In this document: positions 17,216 through 26,956 of the stretch, in pieces
How the letters are laid out: each line of letters starts with the position of its first letter
Position numbering within the stretch: position 1 is the first letter of the stretch
Sequence record: NC_070966.1
Reading direction: 5' to 3' (one strand)
Length of the DNA stretch: 64,000 nt
Position numbers and translations under genes: made by a program
The notes under the pieces: generated by a model
Databases searched by the model: none
Seen by the model: the letters and a program-made list of their open reading frames with translations, nothing else
Told to the model about the DNA's origin: nothing

Positions 17216-18872
17216 TGAGTACGCTGAATACAGATGGCTCAACGAGATAGGATACGAATTCCTATCTCGTGACTATCTGCTTGAGAATGAAACGTGGGAC
17301 GACAAGGTAAATGTTATCGTAGGTCGTGCTGCTGAAATCCTAGGTGATAAGGTACCTGACTTCTTCGAGAAGTTTAAGGGGTATTATCAGAAGGGATACT
17401 ATTCTTGGTCCAGTCCGATTATCTCGAACTTTGGGACCTCCAGAGGTCTTCCGATTAGCTGCTTCGGTAGTTATATTGAAGACTCAATGGAATCGATTCT
17501 GTACACGTTTGCAGAAGTAGGAATGATGTCTAAGATTGGTGGAGGTACGTCTGGTACCTTTGACCAACTTAGACATAAAGGTGCTGAGATCCGTGGAAAC
17601 GGTAAGAGCTCAGGTCCAGTTCACTTTATGAGACTGTTCGATACGAATATCAATGTCGTCAGTCAAGGTAAGACTCGTAGAGGTAGCTTTGCTGCTTATA
17701 TGAGTGTTGCTCATCCAGACATTATGGAACACCTCACTCTACGTAGTGAAGGTAGTCCAATTCAAGATCTTTCATTCGGTGTCACTATTCCTGAAGGATG
17801 GATGCAATCCATGCTTGATGGTGACAAGGATAAGAGAAAGATCTGGGCTCGTATCCTAGAGGTACGTGCAAATACTGGTTATCCTTACATCATGTTCTTG
17901 GATAACGTTCAGAACGGTCGACCAGACGTTTACAAAGATTACGATATGAGAATCACTCATTCGAATCTATGTTCTGAGATCATGCTTCCAGATAGTCCAG
18001 ATGAGTCATTCGTCTGTGATCTATCTTCGATGAATATTCTTTACTACGATGAGTGGAAAGATACTGATGCAGTTGAGTATCTGACTTACTTCCTCGATGC
18101 AGTTATGACTGACTTCATCGAGAAAGCCAGAAATATTAAGTTCATGGAACGTGCAGTAAGATTTGCTGAACGTCATCGTGCTCTAGGTATTGGTCAGTTC
18201 GGATGGCATAGCTATCTTCAGAGCAAGATGATTCCATATGAATCTATTGAAGCTAAGATGCATGTCATTCAGATCGCTCGTAGAATCAAGGAGAAGGCTT
18301 ATGCAGGATCAGCTAATCTAGCCACATGGTTCGGTGAGCCTGAACTCCTTAAGGGATATGGTCGACGTAACACTACGCTGATCGCTATTGCTCCTACGAA
18401 GTCCTCAGCATTCATCCATGGTCAAGCATCAGAAGGTATTGAACCTTATCAATCCAATGCTTATATTAAGGATCTTCAGAAGGGTAAGTATACCTTTAAG
18501 AATCCTTATCTGAAGAAGTTACTAGCTGAGAAGGGATACGATAACGATCAGGTTTGGTCAGGTATCCTCAAGAATCGTGGATCTGTCCAGAATCTAGAGT
18601 TCTTGACTCCAGAAGAGAAGAGTGTCTTCAAGACATTCTCTGAAATCTCTGCTCGTGATGTTATCATCATGGTAGCTCAACGTCAGAAGTATGTTGATCA
18701 AGGTCAGTCTACGAACATCATGATCCATCCTAAGACTCCAATCAAGGATGTTCATGAACTGTATGTTGAAGGATGGAAGCTTGGTATCAAGTCATTCTAT
18801 TATCAGTACAGTATCAATGCTGCTCAGGAATTCTCGAGAGATCTGGTTATCTGCTCGAGTTGTGAGGGTTAA
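17208..18872 (+). CDS. nrdA: Ribonucleotide reductase class Ia alpha subunit (short, no ATP cone)
   Basis: PISCF, SNLCSEI, IAPT, KSFYY, C-terminal CSSCEG. Confidence 0.95.
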   Translation: MTNEYAEYRWLNEIGYEFLSRDYLLENETWDDKVNVIVGRAAEILGDKVPDFFEKFKGYYQKGYYSWSSPIISNFGTSRGLPISCFGSYIEDSMESILYTFAEVGMMSKIGGGTSGTFDQLRHKGAEIRGNGKSSGPVHFMRLFDTNINVVSQGKTRRGSFAAYMSVAHPDIMEHLTLRSEGSPIQDLSFGVTIPEGWMQSMLDGDKDKRKIWARILEVRANTGYPYIMFLDNVQNGRPDVYKDYDMRITHSNLCSEIMLPDSPDESFVCDLSSMNILYYDEWKDTDAVEYLTYFLDAVMTDFIEKARNIKFMERAVRFAERHRALGIGQFGWHSYLQSKMIPYESIEAKMHVIQIARRIKEKAYAGSANLATWFGEPELLKGYGRRNTTLIAIAPTKSSAFIHGQASEGIEPYQSNAYIKDLQKGKYTFKNPYLKKLLAEKGYDNDQVWSGILKNRGSVQNLEFLTPEEKSVFKTFSEISARDVIIMVAQRQKYVDQGQSTNIMIHPKTPIKDVHELYVEGWKLGIKSFYYQYSINAAQEFSRDLVICSSCEG

Positions 18873-19135
18873 TGAATAAGCTCGACTATTGTCACGATTG
18901 TGCGAGAGCTCATCTACAATCAGTAGTCGAGCGTATTGCTATTAAGAAGAATCTGAAATTAGAAGTAATAAATGCAGGCATACCTTGGCAGACTTTCATT
19001 GTTATGAATCGAGATAGTCAGTACTGGGTTCAGATTGACATGAAAATCGATCAGATCTCTTATCATGACATCAAAGAAGACTTAATGTTTTCGTATGTGG
19101 ACCTAGATGCAACCTTAAGTGAGATTCTTAAATGA
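18872..19135 (+). CDS. Hypothetical protein
   Basis: TAATG-coupled ORF. Confidence 0.65.
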   Translation: MNKLDYCHDCARAHLQSVVERIAIKKNLKLEVINAGIPWQTFIVMNRDSQYWVQIDMKIDQISYHDIKEDLMFSYVDLDATLSEILK

Positions 19136-19590
19136 AAATCCGGACATCTCTTTCAATCCTGTTACTATCTTCATCCGTTGCATATGCTGATCCTAAGGTC
19201 AGTGAAGTTGATAAGATGACTCATGTCCCTTCATGGAAGATTCTGAGAGTTGTAGATGGAGATACTGTCAAGGTTATTCTTCCAGAGTCTCCAGATATTC
19301 CTGCACAGCTTCGAGAGATGAGCATTCGTATCTACGGTGTAGATACTCCTGAGAAGGGTGGTCGTGCTAAATGTGCTCAAGAAGCTGCACTAGGTCGTAA
19401 GTCTACACAATTCGCTAAAGATATCGTCGACCCTAGTTCTGCACAGATCTATGTTCTTCAACATGATAAATTTGGTGGAAGAGTAGATGGAGATATCGTA
19501 GTTAATGGAGTACCACTGTCCAAGATTCTTATTGACAATGGATTAGCTCATGAATACTACGGTGATACCAAGAAGTCCTGGTGTGATTGA
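19132..19590 (+). CDS. Thermonuclease (SNase-like) with signal peptide
   Basis: RVVDGDT, IRIYGVDTPE, DKFGGR. Confidence 0.88.
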   Translation: MKIRTSLSILLLSSSVAYADPKVSEVDKMTHVPSWKILRVVDGDTVKVILPESPDIPAQLREMSIRIYGVDTPEKGGRAKCAQEAALGRKSTQFAKDIVDPSSAQIYVLQHDKFGGRVDGDIVVNGVPLSKILIDNGLAHEYYGDTKKSWCD

Positions 19591-19617
19591 ACGAATTTGA
19601 GGTCCTAAAGCCTTCCT
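19591..19617 (+). promoter_or_regulatory. Motif class A ACGAA-N13-AGCCTTCCT
   Basis: Consensus match. Overlaps the terminator hairpin. Confidence 0.65.
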
Positions 19618-19647
19618 TGTCAGGTCGGTTTTAGGACCTTTTATTTT
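19600..19647 (+). terminator. Putative intrinsic terminator
   Basis: AGGTCCTAAA/TTTAGGACCT stem followed by TTTATTTT. Confidence 0.6.
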
Positions 19648-19658
19648 AGAGGTTAGCT

Positions 19659-20021
19659 ATGGAATTCGGATTACTTCTATTTAAGCTACTCGTAGGTCAT
19701 GCTATATGGGACTATCCTGGACAAGGATTTCTAGCCGATCTTAAGAATTGTAATAAAGACTGTAAGTCTCTTTTGAAGAGCAACTTCGCAGTTGATAAGC
19801 ATGCATGGATGTTCGGACTATTCTTTCATGTCCTACTTCATTGTGGAGCAGTTGCTTTTATTACTCAATCTGTCACTGCTACTATACTAGAATTCGTAGT
19901 GCATATTATTACGGATCACGTTAAATGTAAGGATAAGATCTCATTTGTAACGGATCAGATTATTCATATCCTCACTAAAGTAGTTATCTGCATTATTGTA
20001 CTCCACGGAGGATTTCCATGA
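19659..20021 (+). CDS. DUF3307-like membrane protein
   Basis: GHAIWDYPGQ, HIITDHVK, DQIIHI. Confidence 0.75.
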   Translation: MEFGLLLFKLLVGHAIWDYPGQGFLADLKNCNKDCKSLLKSNFAVDKHAWMFGLFFHVLLHCGAVAFITQSVTATILEFVVHIITDHVKCKDKISFVTDQIIHILTKVVICIIVLHGGFP

Positions 20022-20188
20022 GTAGAGCAGACGATATTATTAACATTGTAAATTATATTACTCATGAAGATTCGATTCACAAGAAGGCTGCTCAAGCAGC
20101 TGATAAGATTAAATCTGATCGTAAATCTGCATGGGATAAAGATCTTGAACGTCTGAAAGACTCAGGATCTACAGGTACCAAATATTAA
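20018..20188 (+). CDS. Hypothetical protein (56 aa)
   Basis: GGAGG RBS, ATGA overlap, MSRADDIINIV...; below the track cutoff. Confidence 0.7.
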   Translation: MSRADDIINIVNYITHEDSIHKKAAQAADKIKSDRKSAWDKDLERLKDSGSTGTKY

Positions 20189-20197
20189 GAGAAATCA

Positions 20198-20380
20198 ATG
20201 ACCACAGCTTCAAGTCTAGAAGATATTGTCTATAGTATCAACAAAGTCTTGAGTTCTCCTATCGAATCGAGTGTTGCTCCTAGAATAACGAGCACTCTGT
20301 CTTCTTTACTGAAGCTACAAGAGTCTCATATGAAAACTCTCAAGGATATTAAATCCAAGATGGAAAGCTCAGAGAGTTAA
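20198..20380 (+). CDS. Hypothetical protein
   Basis: ORF chain. Confidence 0.65.
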   Translation: MTTASSLEDIVYSINKVLSSPIESSVAPRITSTLSSLLKLQESHMKTLKDIKSKMESSES

Positions 20381-20382
20381 CC

Positions 20383-20625
20383 ATGAGAAAAACATTGACT
20401 GATATTCCTATTCCTGCAGAGCGTAGATGTGCGACTCTGAAGGTAGTTACTAAAGTCCCTACTAAATACATCTTGATCGACTCTGAGACAGGTCATGTTT
20501 ACAGAGGAAATTCTTCTCACGATCAAGAGATTCATGGATATGATTGGAGATCACATAAAGTTGATCGAGATTTAGTACAGAAGGTGATCTCAGAAGTCAT
20601 CAAAGAAGAAGAGAATGTACTGTAA
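20383..20625 (+). CDS. Hypothetical protein
   Basis: ORF chain. Confidence 0.7.
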   Translation: MRKTLTDIPIPAERRCATLKVVTKVPTKYILIDSETGHVYRGNSSHDQEIHGYDWRSHKVDRDLVQKVISEVIKEEENVL

Positions 20626-21052
20626 TCATTTCAAGAATCCTATCACCTGCTTGCAATGTACTCCTGAAGAACGTGATCAAGCAGTGGAAGTTGCTAAACA
20701 ATTAATTAGATCAAGACCTGTAGTCTCTGAAATTCAAGAGTCTGAGGTACTTGATAAAATCGAACCTGTAGTTATTGTTGAAGAACCTGAGTCTCTGACT
20801 CCGCAGAATGAAACGATACCATTAAATATCGTAATTTCACCTGCACCACTTCCCGTAGATAAGAATCCTGTCATGTCTGAGAATACAATTACTGTTAATC
20901 TTGAGACTGTAACTGGAGAATCCATCAGATTCGAGTGTTCTGTATGTGAAGATACTCAAGATCTGTTGTCAGCAATATCTCGTAACATTAGTGCTAAGAA
21001 TCCATCTCTCAAGAAGATGGTTATTCATAATCCTCGGAAAAATTCTGTATGA
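20615..21052 (+). CDS. Hypothetical protein
   Basis: ORF chain; N-terminal Cys/His cluster. Confidence 0.7.
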   Translation: MYCNHFKNPITCLQCTPEERDQAVEVAKQLIRSRPVVSEIQESEVLDKIEPVVIVEEPESLTPQNETIPLNIVISPAPLPVDKNPVMSENTITVNLETVTGESIRFECSVCEDTQDLLSAISRNISAKNPSLKKMVIHNPRKNSV

Positions 21053-21384
21053 ACATTTCTAATCTAGAAGGTACTCTCTTAGTAAATGCTAAAGAGATAA
21101 CTATGATTAAAGGATCTAAAGGATCTGGAAAATCTCACTGTGCCCATCTCCTCTTCAAAGATGCTACGGATAAGTGGGAATCTGTGCTACTTATCGATGG
21201 TCCTAATAGTAAGCAACACATTCAAGTCAATCAGACTACTCGTGTTATTGACGTGGCTGCAGCTACTGTTGGTAGATCTTATGACAAAGTCATCTATGTC
21301 GATAATGATGAGAAGGACTTTAAAGTCGTCTCACTTAATAGTGATCTCAGAATCCGTCAAATCAGTGTCGGAGACGTCGACTAA
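21049..21384 (+). CDS. Hypothetical protein with P-loop-like GSKGSGKS
   Basis: ATGA-coupled ORF. Confidence 0.65.
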   Translation: MNISNLEGTLLVNAKEITMIKGSKGSGKSHCAHLLFKDATDKWESVLLIDGPNSKQHIQVNQTTRVIDVAAATVGRSYDKVIYVDNDEKDFKVVSLNSDLRIRQISVGDVD

Positions 21385-21385
21385 C

Positions 21386-21781
21386 ATGATTAATTTGAAT
21401 AAAGTAAGTACTCCGATTTGCAAGAGTGGATTTGAGATTATAATTCACTCGGATTCTCTGAGTAAACGAGAACGTGAAGCAGTAGCACTGAGTCTACTCA
21501 AACAGGTCAAAAGACTTGATAAACGTACTCGTGTTGAGACGATCGAGCTTCAATTCGCTGAGATGCTTCATCCGAACATCTACGAGTGTTTGAAGACTCT
21601 AGTCCTAGATTCTACAGGTAGTATTGAATATTTTGATTCTGACCGTGTAGGAGATATCGATCGTTTGACTTGTGACTTGTACAAGTTTAATGATTTCGAT
21701 GATGTCACTATGATTTCTCGTCGTGATGTTGAATGTGATGATGTAGCAACTATTGTTTTAACTATGAAAGTGAATGTATAA
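21386..21781 (+). CDS. Hypothetical protein
   Basis: ATG 21386 right after the previous stop. Confidence 0.7.
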   Translation: MINLNKVSTPICKSGFEIIIHSDSLSKREREAVALSLLKQVKRLDKRTRVETIELQFAEMLHPNIYECLKTLVLDSTGSIEYFDSDRVGDIDRLTCDLYKFNDFDDVTMISRRDVECDDVATIVLTMKVNV

Positions 21782-21897
21782 TGGGTAGTCCCGCACGTAT
21801 TCTTAATGAAGTAGTCGCTGATTCTTCCAAGGATCGTAAGCTTAATGAGTCTCCTGAGAAGAAGGCTGAGAAGAAATCACATGAAGTTGGTATTTGA
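21781..21897 (+). CDS. Small hypothetical protein (38 aa)
   Basis: TAATG overlap; MGSPARILNEVV... Confidence 0.5.
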   Translation: MGSPARILNEVVADSSKDRKLNESPEKKAEKKSHEVGI

Positions 21898-22210
21898 TCG
21901 AGATAATCCAAACAATATGAGTGTTGGAGGTACGATTACTGTCGAGCCTTCATTCTCTTCTATGTATCCTCCATACAACATTCCATCTACTAGTCCATAT
22001 ATTAAACCATATGATCTGACTCCTATGAGTCCGAATGTAGCTCCAATTCCATCATTCACACCTGCTACTACCATTCCAGGTATTGGAGTGTATTATACCA
22101 AGCGTGAAGATATCTTCTTTAAGATTCTGAACTTGCCTCGATTTGATGATAAGTCAATCGAAGAAGTATGGGAAGCATCTGGGAAAATGGAGCAGATGTT
22201 TAAATCTTAA
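21881..22210 (+). CDS. Pro-rich hypothetical protein
   Basis: ORF chain. Confidence 0.65.
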   Translation: MKLVFDRDNPNNMSVGGTITVEPSFSSMYPPYNIPSTSPYIKPYDLTPMSPNVAPIPSFTPATTIPGIGVYYTKREDIFFKILNLPRFDDKSIEEVWEASGKMEQMFKS

Positions 22211-22220
22211 GGAGAATTCC

Positions 22221-23714
22221 ATGAGTCAGGTGAGCACCATCAAGTTGGAGTTTGCTGATTTCTACAAGATCGCTCTATCATCTGACAGTCAATTTATTCT
22301 TGATTATTTCAGGAAATCTCTTTCAACTGAGTATGAAACATCTTATACTATTAACCTTAGAGGTGGTGGTAAAAAGAAGATAACTCAGAAGAAGGATATG
22401 AAAATCTATCAAGATCTGAAGTCATGCTTGCTAATCGATGCTGGTCTTGTGGACTACATCATAGCAAGCATTTCTACTCTATTGCGAGAGAACGGACCTG
22501 AGAATTTCAAGATTGAATCCTTGTTACCTAAGATCCAACCTCTCGTACTGAGTGAGAAGTGGTTTAAGATTTTTAATAGTCATCCTCGTGGTGAAGAATT
22601 TGCTAAGAATCAGTTAACTGATTTTCCTAAGATCACTTCTTCATTCGGCGGTACTGCAGAACTATTTACAGGATACGGTAAGACAGAATTGCAATTATCT
22701 ATTGCTGAATGTTTTACTGAACAATATCCAGGTAATGTCCTTATTCTTGCTCCAGATAATGCGATTAAAGATGAAATCTATCTTCGATCTAAAAGATGGG
22801 AAGTTGATGTCGGAGATCGTGATTGGAGTAAAAGGATCAATGTAATCAATCCTGTAGGATTCATGAGATCCAAGGCATTGAGTAGTGAATCGAGAGAGTG
22901 GCACTCTGACGTCAAGATGGTTTTAACTGATGAGTCTCATCACTTAACTGCAGAATCTTGGCATAAGATCTTTGGATTAATTTGTCATCTTGATAGATCA
23001 TACGGCTTCTCCGCATCTGTTGACGTTGGTGAAGGTCAGATTATGCTACCAGGTAGTACTACTCTGAAGAGTCTAGGACCTCGAAATATGAAGATCGTAG
23101 GTTTGTCAGGTAGTCTTAAGGTACGTCGTAGACTTCCAGTTCCGGTATCTGTTCTTAGAGTTTATCATCGTGTAGCTGATCCTACAAAATGTAGAGATCA
23201 AGACGGTTGGATGATCGCTTATGATCAAACAATTACGCAGATGAAATTTGCTGCAGATATGTTGAATACAATGGTAGAAACGGATCGAATATTCTTCGTT
23301 CCGATTTATAAGAAGGAATCAGGATTCCAATTGTACAAGAATTTGATCTCGTTAGGGTCAAGTTCGATCTTTTGGACTTCAGATGAACTTCATGTTAATG
23401 GTGAGAAAGTCACCACGGACAACCCTCTTGCATACGTTAAAGAATTTATGCGTAAAACTCCTGCAAGAACTCTAATATCGACACGATTTGAAGGTATCGA
23501 TATTCCTAATCTTGACGGGATTGTACCACTTACAGGTACGAGTCATCGAATGACGATTCAGCCTGTAGGACGATCAGCACGTAATCAAGACGTGTTGGTT
23601 ATTTTAATGTATGACAAGAATAATCCTATTGTTATGTATCAATCTAAAATACGCAGAAATAGAATCGAGAATGAATATAACATCGTGAGTTCGCGATCTA
23701 GAACAATTGATTAA
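22221..23714 (+). CDS. SF2 DNA helicase (UvsW-like)
   Basis: TGYGKT, LTDESHH, GFSAS, EGIDIPNLD, QPVGRSAR. AAGGAG RBS. Confidence 0.85.
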   Translation: MSQVSTIKLEFADFYKIALSSDSQFILDYFRKSLSTEYETSYTINLRGGGKKKITQKKDMKIYQDLKSCLLIDAGLVDYIIASISTLLRENGPENFKIESLLPKIQPLVLSEKWFKIFNSHPRGEEFAKNQLTDFPKITSSFGGTAELFTGYGKTELQLSIAECFTEQYPGNVLILAPDNAIKDEIYLRSKRWEVDVGDRDWSKRINVINPVGFMRSKALSSESREWHSDVKMVLTDESHHLTAESWHKIFGLICHLDRSYGFSASVDVGEGQIMLPGSTTLKSLGPRNMKIVGLSGSLKVRRRLPVPVSVLRVYHRVADPTKCRDQDGWMIAYDQTITQMKFAADMLNTMVETDRIFFVPIYKKESGFQLYKNLISLGSSSIFWTSDELHVNGEKVTTDNPLAYVKEFMRKTPARTLISTRFEGIDIPNLDGIVPLTGTSHRMTIQPVGRSARNQDVLVILMYDKNNPIVMYQSKIRRNRIENEYNIVSSRSRTID

Positions 23715-23741
23715 CCTCTAGAGAGGTTAATAAGCCTTCCT
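23711..23741 (+). promoter_or_regulatory. Palindrome TTAACCTCT-AG-AGAGGTTAA plus class A 3' element
   Basis: Inverted repeat at 23711-23730, AGCCTTCCT at 23733. Confidence 0.5.
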
Positions 23742-23802
23742 TATTGAGGAGGATTTCTTAGATATCCCTATCAATTAGAAATTTTAAGTTGACGAGAATT
23801 AA

Positions 23803-25047
23803 ATGTCTGAAATAACTTTTGCATGCGCACTATCCAATCCTACCGTACGTTCAGCAATTAGAGGTCACGTATCGGAACTGAATTGGAAATCTAAGCTTGC
23901 ACAACAGATTGTAAATTTCTTTCTGAGTAAGACTGAAGCTAATGTTAATCCAGGATCTTTGAGAGCATTTCTAGGAAATGTATGTTTGGAGAATGAGATT
24001 GATAATCTTCTTGTCAAGATGAAGGATTATATGGATGCAGGAGAGAATGTCAATGACATCTTGCAATCCTTCGGAGACTTCTATGCTAATAAGAGACTCA
24101 CAGAGATTCTTGAAAGTAACAGAGGTACTGGTGCATCTGAAATCATTAAACGTGTTAATGAGATTAAGAAGATCGAATCATTCTCGACTCCAATTGATTG
24201 TCTAGGTGAACTAGATATCGATAAAGTTATGGAGGCAGAACTAGGTGGAACAGCAATCCTACCTAGTAAGTTCGATCTGATTAAAAGAGCTACGCCATGG
24301 GCTGGATATCTTCGTGGTCAGGTAGTTCAGGTAGTTGCACCTCCAGGCGTTGGTAAGTCACTATTCCTAGCAAATGAGTCAGTCGAAATGGCTCGAGCTG
24401 GTGCAGAAGGTTACTTCGTAGCACTAGGTGATATGATGAAAATCGACTTCATTGTCCGATTTACTTCAATCGTTACAGGAGTAGATTATTATGACGTATC
24501 ACTTGCTCCAAAGAAATATTATAGTGATGAAGTTAAGAATCTTCTGAAGAAGCTTCGAATCACAGTTCTACCTTCAGGTCAAATTGATCCTGTAGCACTA
24601 GGTGAATTTATTGAGAATAAAGTCCAGCCAGCTAAATCACTGGACTATGTATGTGTTGACTACGATTCTAACTTTGCGAAGACAAGCGATAGTATGTATG
24701 AAGAAGGTGGTATTGTTTACGATTCACTTTCTCGTATCTCTCGTCCTATGCATGCTCCGTATCGTCTAGTATTCGTAGCATCTCAGCCTAAGACTGCATT
24801 CTGGAATAATGAAGAACTTCCAATGGAGTGTGCAGCTGAATCATCTCGTAAGCAAGCCATTATCGACTTGCAAATCACGATTGGTAGATCTCCTCAGATT
24901 AAGCAGTGTAAAGCTGGTGTTATGAAGGTAGGTAAGGCTCGTCGTGGTAAGGTGAATGAGAAGTCCTGGTATAAAGTTGAAGACTGTGGACGTCTCAAAG
25001 AAATTGAACAATCAGATTACGCTCTCTTGAAGTCTCATGAGGGTTGA
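23803..25047 (+). CDS. dnaB: Replicative DNA helicase, DnaB-like
   Basis: APPGVGKS, VCVDY, VASQP, ESSRK...ID. Confidence 0.8.
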   Translation: MSEITFACALSNPTVRSAIRGHVSELNWKSKLAQQIVNFFLSKTEANVNPGSLRAFLGNVCLENEIDNLLVKMKDYMDAGENVNDILQSFGDFYANKRLTEILESNRGTGASEIIKRVNEIKKIESFSTPIDCLGELDIDKVMEAELGGTAILPSKFDLIKRATPWAGYLRGQVVQVVAPPGVGKSLFLANESVEMARAGAEGYFVALGDMMKIDFIVRFTSIVTGVDYYDVSLAPKKYYSDEVKNLLKKLRITVLPSGQIDPVALGEFIENKVQPAKSLDYVCVDYDSNFAKTSDSMYEEGGIVYDSLSRISRPMHAPYRLVFVASQPKTAFWNNEELPMECAAESSRKQAIIDLQITIGRSPQIKQCKAGVMKVGKARRGKVNEKSWYKVEDCGRLKEIEQSDYALLKSHEG

Positions 25048-25080
25048 TATTAATAACCGCCATAATTTATTCCATCTTAG

Positions 25081-25530
25081 ATGAATGTGGAAATTTTATG
25101 GAATAAGCATTTGAGTGAATGGATTGAATTTGAAGGGATGATCCGATTTAAAACTAGGAGCATCCCCTCTGAAAATGATTTGTATAAACCTAATTATCGT
25201 AGCAAGCATATGTACAAGAATCCTGAGATCGGTGGATATCAGGATGACTTTATCGAGCTTGGTAAGAAGACAGATTTAATTAAAGTAAGAGATTACGTTG
25301 ACAAGTGGAGTGAGATTCGAGTTGAATTTCACTTCTACTTGCGATCTAATAGAAAGATTTGGGGTCTCGATGTAACTAATATGGTTAAGGCAACGGAAGA
25401 TGCTCTTAAAGATATTACTAAAATTGATGACTCGAAGCATAAATCTGTAACATCTGAAAAGTATGAATCTGAAGACGAATACGAGTCTGTGAAAGTCGTA
25501 TATCGAATGAAGTTAAAAGATGAAGCATAA
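25081..25530 (+). CDS. rusA: RusA-like Holliday junction resolvase
   Basis: DVTNMVKATEDAL...IDD. Confidence 0.75.
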   Translation: MNVEILWNKHLSEWIEFEGMIRFKTRSIPSENDLYKPNYRSKHMYKNPEIGGYQDDFIELGKKTDLIKVRDYVDKWSEIRVEFHFYLRSNRKIWGLDVTNMVKATEDALKDITKIDDSKHKSVTSEKYESEDEYESVKVVYRMKLKDEA

Positions 25531-25753
25531 TCTTTCTACATTAAAAACACTTTATAGTATCGACAAGAAGTCAGCAGCATCATTAATGGCGATGTTGTGC
25601 AGTTTAAATGAAGGTGAGGAGTTCCACTCTAATCTTGGTCGTATCAAGAAAGATGGAGAGAATTCCTTCAAGATTATATTTAACAACAATACGATTAACA
25701 ATATCGTAGATGAGTTAACAGATGACGGAAACATCAGTAAAATCTTTGATTGA
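25520..25753 (+). CDS. Hypothetical protein
   Basis: ORF chain. Confidence 0.65.
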   Translation: MKHNLSTLKTLYSIDKKSAASLMAMLCSLNEGEEFHSNLGRIKKDGENSFKIIFNNNTINNIVDELTDDGNISKIFD

Positions 25754-26870
25754 CGTTATGTCAGATAAGGTTTTAGAGCTCGTAGTAATTTATCGTCAGA
25801 CGAAGAGTTCTACTGATCTAAAGAATTTGTTAGATACAACAATTCTACTAGTGAAGTCTGTAAGAATTATCATATTGAATCTTCGTAATGTGAGCAATGA
25901 AGATTTTGATCAGGATGTATGTCTTGATTTTATCTCCATGATTCTTACAGGACGAGACATTCAAAATCCTACCTATAAAATCAAGTCGATCATCGAGTTC
26001 AGGATTAGAAATAATTCTCGGACGTATCGACTTGATGACGGTGACATGGACGTACTTGAAGATATGGAATCTTCAGACTATGTCGACAATCGTCTATTAA
26101 TCGATGAGATTATTAGACGAGAGACTGAAGGACTACCAGACCGTGTTGTAGTGCAGATTCTTTATTATGTATCGAATCCTGCCTACATTAAGAACTATAT
26201 AAAAATGGCTCCTGAGTGTCCTGAGAAATATGTTATTGTTCTCAAGACGTATTACATTCGAAGAAAGATCATGGACGATAAGTCTAAAGAACTAAACATT
26301 ACAGTATCAAAGGATAGAGTTGCTAATCTACTTTTGATGTCAGGCTTGTACAATACTAGCCCACCAGCCTTCGTGCTACTTTCACTGATGAAAGATTTTA
26401 AGAATCTTCTTCAATTCCTAGTCTTGTTCGAAGGTCAATCTATCAAAATACCTACTATTGAGCAGATTAATCATATCTTCTCAGATAGTAGTCATGTCTC
26501 GACAGCATTCGAGAATGATACATTGACGATCAATAACAAAGAGATGCTCGCATCACTTGTTACAGATACAGATCTTTCTCAGATCGACGCGGATACTAAA
26601 TTGAATAGGTTCATTGATGAATATCTATCTGAGCTTATCAACGTAGCTACTAAGAACTACGATGTGATTCAGACTAGACTTCTCAAGAATATCGACTACA
26701 CTGATACCAAGCGTGTCAGTGAAGCTTACAAGATTATCAATCAAGAGATGACTGCTCAAATTAAGTTGATGGGAGAAATCGTATCAACTCTTAGTACGAT
26801 CAAAGATATCAGATCTGCGATTGAGATGATCAAATCAAACAAAGAAGATAATTCTTCTAATAGTGTTTAG
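25722..26870 (+). CDS. Hypothetical protein; N-terminal part weakly sigma-factor-like
   Basis: 382-aa ORF; EDFDQDVCL and EGLPDRVVVQILYY segments. Confidence 0.75.
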   Translation: MTETSVKSLIDVMSDKVLELVVIYRQTKSSTDLKNLLDTTILLVKSVRIIILNLRNVSNEDFDQDVCLDFISMILTGRDIQNPTYKIKSIIEFRIRNNSRTYRLDDGDMDVLEDMESSDYVDNRLLIDEIIRRETEGLPDRVVVQILYYVSNPAYIKNYIKMAPECPEKYVIVLKTYYIRRKIMDDKSKELNITVSKDRVANLLLMSGLYNTSPPAFVLLSLMKDFKNLLQFLVLFEGQSIKIPTIEQINHIFSDSSHVSTAFENDTLTINNKEMLASLVTDTDLSQIDADTKLNRFIDEYLSELINVATKNYDVIQTRLLKNIDYTDTKRVSEAYKIINQEMTAQIKLMGEIVSTLSTIKDIRSAIEMIKSNKEDNSSNSV

Positions 26871-26875
26871 TTCGA

Positions 26876-26902
26876 GCGAAGTTAGGTGCGATAAACCTTC
26901 CT
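26876..26902 (+). promoter_or_regulatory. Motif class A GCGAA-N13-AACCTTCCT
   Basis: Exact consensus, intergenic. Confidence 0.7.
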
Positions 26903-26956
26903 TCTTCGTTGAGCGGATTCGAGTTATTGAATTCGTTCATTTAATGTGAGAGAAAT

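Noticed and set aside
21049-21384. Functional P-loop NTPase
   Set aside because: Only the GSKGSGKS motif in a 111-aa ORF; too short, and no convincing family context.
23733-23752. CCTTCCT as an anti-Shine-Dalgarno hairpin sequestering AGGAGG
   Set aside because: Plausible only at this copy; it cannot explain the RCGAA element fixed 13 nt upstream in the other copies.
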